This document shows positions 59,564 through 64,000 of a stretch of DNA of 64,000 nt, piece after piece. Made by a program: the position numbers and the translations under genes. The DNA is from Rhodothermales bacterium (GTDB taxonomy: Bacteria; Bacteroidota; Rhodothermia; Rhodothermales; Bin80): NCBI GenBank assembly GCA_965209015.1, contig OZ242367.1, positions 2,048,865 to 2,112,864 of the forward strand, read 5' to 3'. Within the stretch, counting starts at the first letter, position 1. Every line of letters begins with the position of its first letter. The notes beneath the pieces are model-generated. The model saw nothing but the letters and a program-made list of their open reading frames with translations, had not been told where the DNA came from and ran no database searches.

Positions 59564-59917
59564 GAAAATCCATGATCAAGGATATACTGCTGAGTTCAAA
59601 TAGATCTGATTAAAAAATACCCTGCGAGGCTTGTCATGGTTGCACGACCAAAAATACAGATACGCCCTGACTATCTTGACAGAACAGAACATGGGACGTA
59701 GTGCATTCCCCCTGTGCCACATGTACCAACAATGAAGCCCGGGCTCCTTCTCCGATCAAGCGTTGAGAAAAATGGTTCCCTTTGGACAGATATTCGTTGA
59801 GTTGGAAGACCACACACTTCAGAATGTTTTACCAAGCACGAAACCGTAGAATACCGATGAGTGAGTACAATTCTAGAGTACTTGGAGCCATCCAAGATCT
59901 GGTTTGATATCTACCTC

Positions 59918-60628
59918 TTAGGAAGGATCAACTCCAGAAGAAACATTACCTGAGTCTCCAGAAAGGGCATAGGCAAACGCGATGGTCCACTTCCTAAGCG
60001 TGTTGTAGCGTCTACGTAGGCTCGCCTGAAGATATACATTTAGTGGCCAGAGGATCAAGCGGACAACCAAAGCAAGCATAGTTGAGACGACCGCAATCCC
60101 TAAGCCAACTAAGTCGGAACCACCATGACGACTCCCACTCATGAACAGCACGAAAATACCGAGCAAAGTTCCGAGTAAGCCAAGGCTAAGTGCAATGTAC
60201 ACCATAGCCGTGATGTAACGCTCAGTTTCCTTGTACTTTTCATGGTCCAACTCAATGAATCGAAAGGCATAGTCAATCATTGCTTGAGCCGATCCACCGC
60301 GCCGGAACTCTTCCAACATGAGATTCCCTGCCATTACGAAAGGATTTCGGGTTTTGCTCTGCCCAATTACACTTGAAAATGCTTTCGCAGAAATATTCTC
60401 GGGCTCAATCTTTAGCATGGCACCGCTGCCTCGCCACTGCAAGAACTGCCGTACATAAGCAGAAGTCAGGAGAAAGAGACCAATCAAAAACAGAGCTCCC
60501 AGTGGCCACTCAAAGCCCTGTGCATACTGGACGATATCCCAAGGTCTAGTGGGGGCAATGGTTTCAGCCGCAGCCTGCCCAGCGGACTGGAAGGCGGCAG
60601 TTTCCAGAGCGATCAATGAATGTATCAT
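59918..60628 (-). CDS. MotA/TolQ/ExbB-family proton-channel protein
   Basis: 236 aa with 3 TM segments. ITAMVYIALSLGLLGTLLGIFVLF...GLGIAVVSTMLALVV matches the LGLLGTV.G/..AL.tT signature region. Confidence 0.7.
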   Translation of the reverse strand: MIHSLIALETAAFQSAGQAAAETIAPTRPWDIVQYAQGFEWPLGALFLIGLFLLTSAYVRQFLQWRGSGAMLKIEPENISAKAFSSVIGQSKTRNPFVMAGNLMLEEFRRGGSAQAMIDYAFRFIELDHEKYKETERYITAMVYIALSLGLLGTLLGIFVLFMSGSRHGGSDLVGLGIAVVSTMLALVVRLILWPLNVYLQASLRRRYNTLRKWTIAFAYALSGDSGNVSSGVDPS

Positions 60629-60639
60629 TAAAAATATAA

Positions 60640-63096
60640 TTATCGAATTTGAAGTGACTGTGTCTGGACAGGTTGAACATTTAAGGTTTGAGTATAGTCA
60701 CTTAGATCTTCCTGTCCGAGTAGATCTAAGAGTTCAATACGATAGGTTCCTGAGGGCAACAGTGCAGTGAACCGGCCCTGCTGTGAGACCGCAGTACGGA
60801 GTACTTCAGACTCTCCTTGAAAAAAGATGACCACAGCAAGTGTTGGCGAACTGAGTGGCAGATTCTCCACAGAACCTTCCACAATGGTGTTGCGATGAAC
60901 CGGAATATCAATATACTTGGTTTCCCCTGGGTCAGACATAAAACTAAAGGCAGTTCCAGTAGGTAAGTCCAGTTCAGGGCCTTGGAGTGAGCGAGGATCA
61001 ATTACAACTTGGTACTGGGTACTAGGTGCAAGATAGTCTGCCCGAAATGTGCCGGGTGCACTGGATTCGGTTCGTGCTCGCACCACATTAAGATCCAATC
61101 CATCTAAAGGGATCTCACCGGGATCTCTGATCCCATCACGGTCGATATCCATAAATGGTCGCAGCAGTGCACTACTCCATACCTGAGAATGCCGGGAGAA
61201 AAATAATCCCTTACTAAGGGTCATAGAGCCGTAGAGGCTTTGCTGATTCGAATTGTTCCCGGACTCCAAAGAGGTATGGCTTGAGAAACTTGTCCATGGG
61301 GCATTCATGCGAAGAGAAAACGTTGTTTGTATACCTTCGGAGGGGAAGTCGTATCCGACACGCGCACCGAACGAAATGGAGCGATAAGAGAGATAAACAG
61401 TCATCCCCGCAAAGTCTAATGACTCAAAGCGTCCACCCTGAGCTTGAAGGCCGATTCGACCACTCAGGCCTCTTGGTCGGATGAAATGAGTGAGCGAGGA
61501 GCGCCACTCCGTATAGGTTTCCTGAGGTGCATCAGGACGGAGCCGAGTGATTGTGGGGCCTCCGGCAAAAAGCAGACTGATCCGACGAGACATTCGGAGG
61601 GTTCCTGAAACGTTTAGACGCGACGAAGTGATACCACCGAACGTCTCAAAATAGGTTCCATTCAGAAATAGACTCACGCCTGAACCACTCAATCCTGTCC
61701 GTCCCACAAAACGCCGTTTGTAGAAAGTCAGCCCTGGTTCGGTTGCAAGAGTTGCCTCAGCTTGGAATTGAAATCGGTCCCGAAATAGTTGCAGGGTAGC
61801 ACGTCCGGCAGGTAAGGGATAAGCAACCTCAGCACTAACCATGGCAGAGTTCCCAATATTACTTACCAATCCCAGGGTAGCGGTCTGCAAGGTATCTATT
61901 TGGGTAAAGCTCCCGAGCGTGGTGAAATTCTGTGAAACACCGTAGTTGAAGCGAAGATGTCCATAGATAGCATCATGATCGAATTCATTGCGTCCCGCCT
62001 GTAGATCCCAGTAGAGAGTCTTGGCTGGTAGCAGATCCTCGGTGATCAGAAGGAAGCGTGTTTCCCGGATCGGGAGTCCACCACCGGCTGGAACAACTTC
62101 TAGTTCAACACGCGAAGTTCCATAGTAGGCAGGGACGGAAAGTTGATAGCGCCCCTGACTATCAGCCTGTACTCGGTCGGCAACCACACCCCCAACGAGA
62201 GCAGACACCACTGCATTCGGTTCGGCTACTCCTTCTAGTTTTGTCTCCCGCTGCTGATGGCGTGTAGAGAGAGGACGATTACTGATCTGTACCCCTTCGT
62301 AACTCTGACGCGCCGGCCACCGATTGACACTGAACCGGCCAAAGCCAAGCTGAGTCATATAGTTTGAGCGCGGAAAATCAAGTAAGTAGCTAAACTGCCT
62401 CAGAGTAGATGTACCCTCATAGGTTGCCGTGCCATCGGCACGGATCTGCCCCCAAAGAGCACTAGCACGTACACTCAGGAACCCAGTGTAATCCGTGCCT
62501 CGTCCTGATCGCTGGATACGATTGATCCTGTAACCCAATTGGGTACCGCCAAGTACACTCCGATTTCGACCATAGAGCATAGGGCCGAGTGCAAGCGTCG
62601 GCGTGAGGACCTGTGGTTGGAATGGATCCGCAAACAATTCTTGAGAGAGCCGAAGGCTGAGTCGGTTCAGATCATAAACAAGTGATCCCTCTGGAAAAAC
62701 TCGTTCAAGATTTGAAGGCGTCAAAAGAAAGCGTCCCTCACTATGAAAGTAGCCACCCGTGGTTAGGGTGTCCTCCTGCTGAATTCCACCGTCAAATTGT
62801 CGTAGGATGGTGCCGCGATCAAAATTCACCTCGTAGGCCATACGACTACTACGGGCTCTAACCTCGTCCTGACTGGTGTCTACGGACATACGAGCTTCAG
62901 AAAAAACTGCGACCAAATCAATAAAGTAGGCACTCTCTTGTGGATCCCAAAAGGCCTGAATGGGCCGAAGAGAAGGGGAAGAGAGGGAACTAAGAACCCA
63001 TGGGGACTCCTGCATGATACGAGCAGACTGCTGTGCTTCGGCGGTCAAAGCGAACAGCAGCACAGGGATACCCCAGTAGGCTTTACACATGCTCAT
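60640..63096 (-). CDS. Secreted 818-aa outer-membrane protein, usher-like (beta-barrel with embedded plug-like and carboxypeptidase-regulatory-like beta-sandwich domains)
   Basis: Signal peptide MSMCKAYWGIPVLLFALTAEAQQ. YEGVQISNRPLSTRH...LEGVAEPNAVVSALVGGVVADRVQADSQGRYQLSVP...ELEVVPAGG parallels the barrel-to-plug region of fimbrial ushers. C-terminus IVEGSV...QQGRFTALLPSGTYRIELLD. The call is based on recall only. Confidence 0.4.
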   Translation of the reverse strand: MSMCKAYWGIPVLLFALTAEAQQSARIMQESPWVLSSLSSPSLRPIQAFWDPQESAYFIDLVAVFSEARMSVDTSQDEVRARSSRMAYEVNFDRGTILRQFDGGIQQEDTLTTGGYFHSEGRFLLTPSNLERVFPEGSLVYDLNRLSLRLSQELFADPFQPQVLTPTLALGPMLYGRNRSVLGGTQLGYRINRIQRSGRGTDYTGFLSVRASALWGQIRADGTATYEGTSTLRQFSYLLDFPRSNYMTQLGFGRFSVNRWPARQSYEGVQISNRPLSTRHQQRETKLEGVAEPNAVVSALVGGVVADRVQADSQGRYQLSVPAYYGTSRVELEVVPAGGGLPIRETRFLLITEDLLPAKTLYWDLQAGRNEFDHDAIYGHLRFNYGVSQNFTTLGSFTQIDTLQTATLGLVSNIGNSAMVSAEVAYPLPAGRATLQLFRDRFQFQAEATLATEPGLTFYKRRFVGRTGLSGSGVSLFLNGTYFETFGGITSSRLNVSGTLRMSRRISLLFAGGPTITRLRPDAPQETYTEWRSSLTHFIRPRGLSGRIGLQAQGGRFESLDFAGMTVYLSYRSISFGARVGYDFPSEGIQTTFSLRMNAPWTSFSSHTSLESGNNSNQQSLYGSMTLSKGLFFSRHSQVWSSALLRPFMDIDRDGIRDPGEIPLDGLDLNVVRARTESSAPGTFRADYLAPSTQYQVVIDPRSLQGPELDLPTGTAFSFMSDPGETKYIDIPVHRNTIVEGSVENLPLSSPTLAVVIFFQGESEVLRTAVSQQGRFTALLPSGTYRIELLDLLGQEDLSDYTQTLNVQPVQTQSLQIR

Positions 63097-63114
63097 ACGC
63101 TACAACAGTCAAAA

Positions 63115-63999
63115 TCAATTAGTATTCTGATCGCGGATAGACCGAAAACGGGCTAAAAAAGCAGCCGTCTTGTCATTTCTCCCCAACCGACGATACAAAT
63201 TCCCAATCTCGCGCAGGTACGCCATTTGGTCCTCAGCCTCAAATTGGTCAAACACCTCTTCAATATCTGGCTCAATCTTAAGAGCCTGCTCTGGGTTGTA
63301 GCGAGCCAGCTTTAGGGCCTCAACGTATGCCTTACCCGTATAGCTGCTTTCAGTCTCTACGACTTGCATGAGATAGGTAAACGCATGGCCAGACTGACCA
63401 TCTTTATGATGGAGGAGCGCACGTTCAAATAAGGCACCAGCATAGGCCGAACGGACATCTTCCTTGAACCCTGCATAAGGCAACAATTGCAAGATGAGGG
63501 TATCCCGCATACTTTCCTCACGGACTTGCCCTGGCTCGGGCGTGATGTCTTGGATGTTGTACCAAACTAATTTTAGGGTATCCAGCGCTGGATCTTCAAA
63601 GCCATTACTGTGAGATAGAACAGCATAATTATAGTTGGCTTCCCAGATGGCAGCAGGACGTGTAAGTGCTGGAATAAGTTCTCTCAATTCCTCAATGACC
63701 TCCAAGGGAGTATCTCGGGCAACCTGCCGGAGGCTATCAAAAACAATCCGATGTCCCAAATTGAAATAATCCCACTGAGCCCAGACCAATTCTTGTTGGG
63801 TGAAGTCAACTCCCTCGGTAGTAGTCGCATACTGTTGAGCCTGCATTAATGCTCTGTAGACACCTTCTCCACTTCTGCTATTGACAAACGAGCGATATGA
63901 GCGCACACTGTAATTGAATACAAGAGAACTGTCAACCGTGGCATTATCAAAAGAGAGCAATGCATCATCCAAAACAGTCTCGGCAGCACGAAGCCACAT
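63115..63999 (-). CDS. Hypothetical helical-repeat (TPR-like) protein, possibly 5'-truncated by the window edge
   Basis: The ORF is open to the last full codon of the window. It ends 18 nt before the start of the usher-like gene (same strand). Confidence 0.45.
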   Translation of the reverse strand: MWLRAAETVLDDALLSFDNATVDSSLVFNYSVRSYRSFVNSRSGEGVYRALMQAQQYATTTEGVDFTQQELVWAQWDYFNLGHRIVFDSLRQVARDTPLEVIEELRELIPALTRPAAIWEANYNYAVLSHSNGFEDPALDTLKLVWYNIQDITPEPGQVREESMRDTLILQLLPYAGFKEDVRSAYAGALFERALLHHKDGQSGHAFTYLMQVVETESSYTGKAYVEALKLARYNPEQALKIEPDIEEVFDQFEAEDQMAYLREIGNLYRRLGRNDKTAAFLARFRSIRDQNTN

Positions 64000-64000
64000 G

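Overview
This is a 64-kb chromosomal segment from a Gram-negative bacterium of the FCB group (Bacteroidota/Rhodothermota/Balneolota-like). The placement rests on T9SS C-terminal sorting domains, a GWxTD protein, a fused E1 alpha/beta dehydrogenase and a long-tailed S16. The housekeeping backbone is mostly on the minus strand: a tightly packed nrnA-pepA-pdxA-AGCS symporter-nhaC operon, pyrC-ddl-murF, an OmpR-type regulator with its histidine kinase, tyrS, smpB, and ffh-rpsP-rimM-trmD-rplS. It also includes 5-formyl-THF cyclo-ligase, two PspC-domain genes, and an LpxH-like phosphoesterase with a glycosyltransferase. Three surface-protein loci with long AT-rich flanks are interleaved with this backbone. 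(1) A 3'-truncated cadherin-like/FN3-array protein carries a C10 tract at its 5' end. (2) A segmentally duplicated pair of T9SS cargo genes. (3) Two tandem giant paralogs (2390 and 1965 aa) have Calx-beta-type passengers and a C-terminal autotransporter barrel; they share a ~3.3-kb near-identical 3' block and differ in repeat copy number (8 vs 4). From 54.9 to 59.9 kb lies a mobile-element hotspot: a decayed IS21 istB relic, an intact ISL3 element with a perfect 8-bp target duplication, and an uncharacterised two-gene cassette that the ISL3 split at its coupled stop/start junction. That cassette (a small basic Cys/His protein plus a 421-aa protein with a catalytically dead ImmA/IrrE-like domain) is my best candidate for an undescribed system. 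The window ends with a TPR-like / usher-like outer-membrane / orphan MotA-ExbB operon. I found no rRNA, tRNA, tmRNA or convincing CRISPR array. All calls come from reading the translations and DNA by eye; no searches were run.
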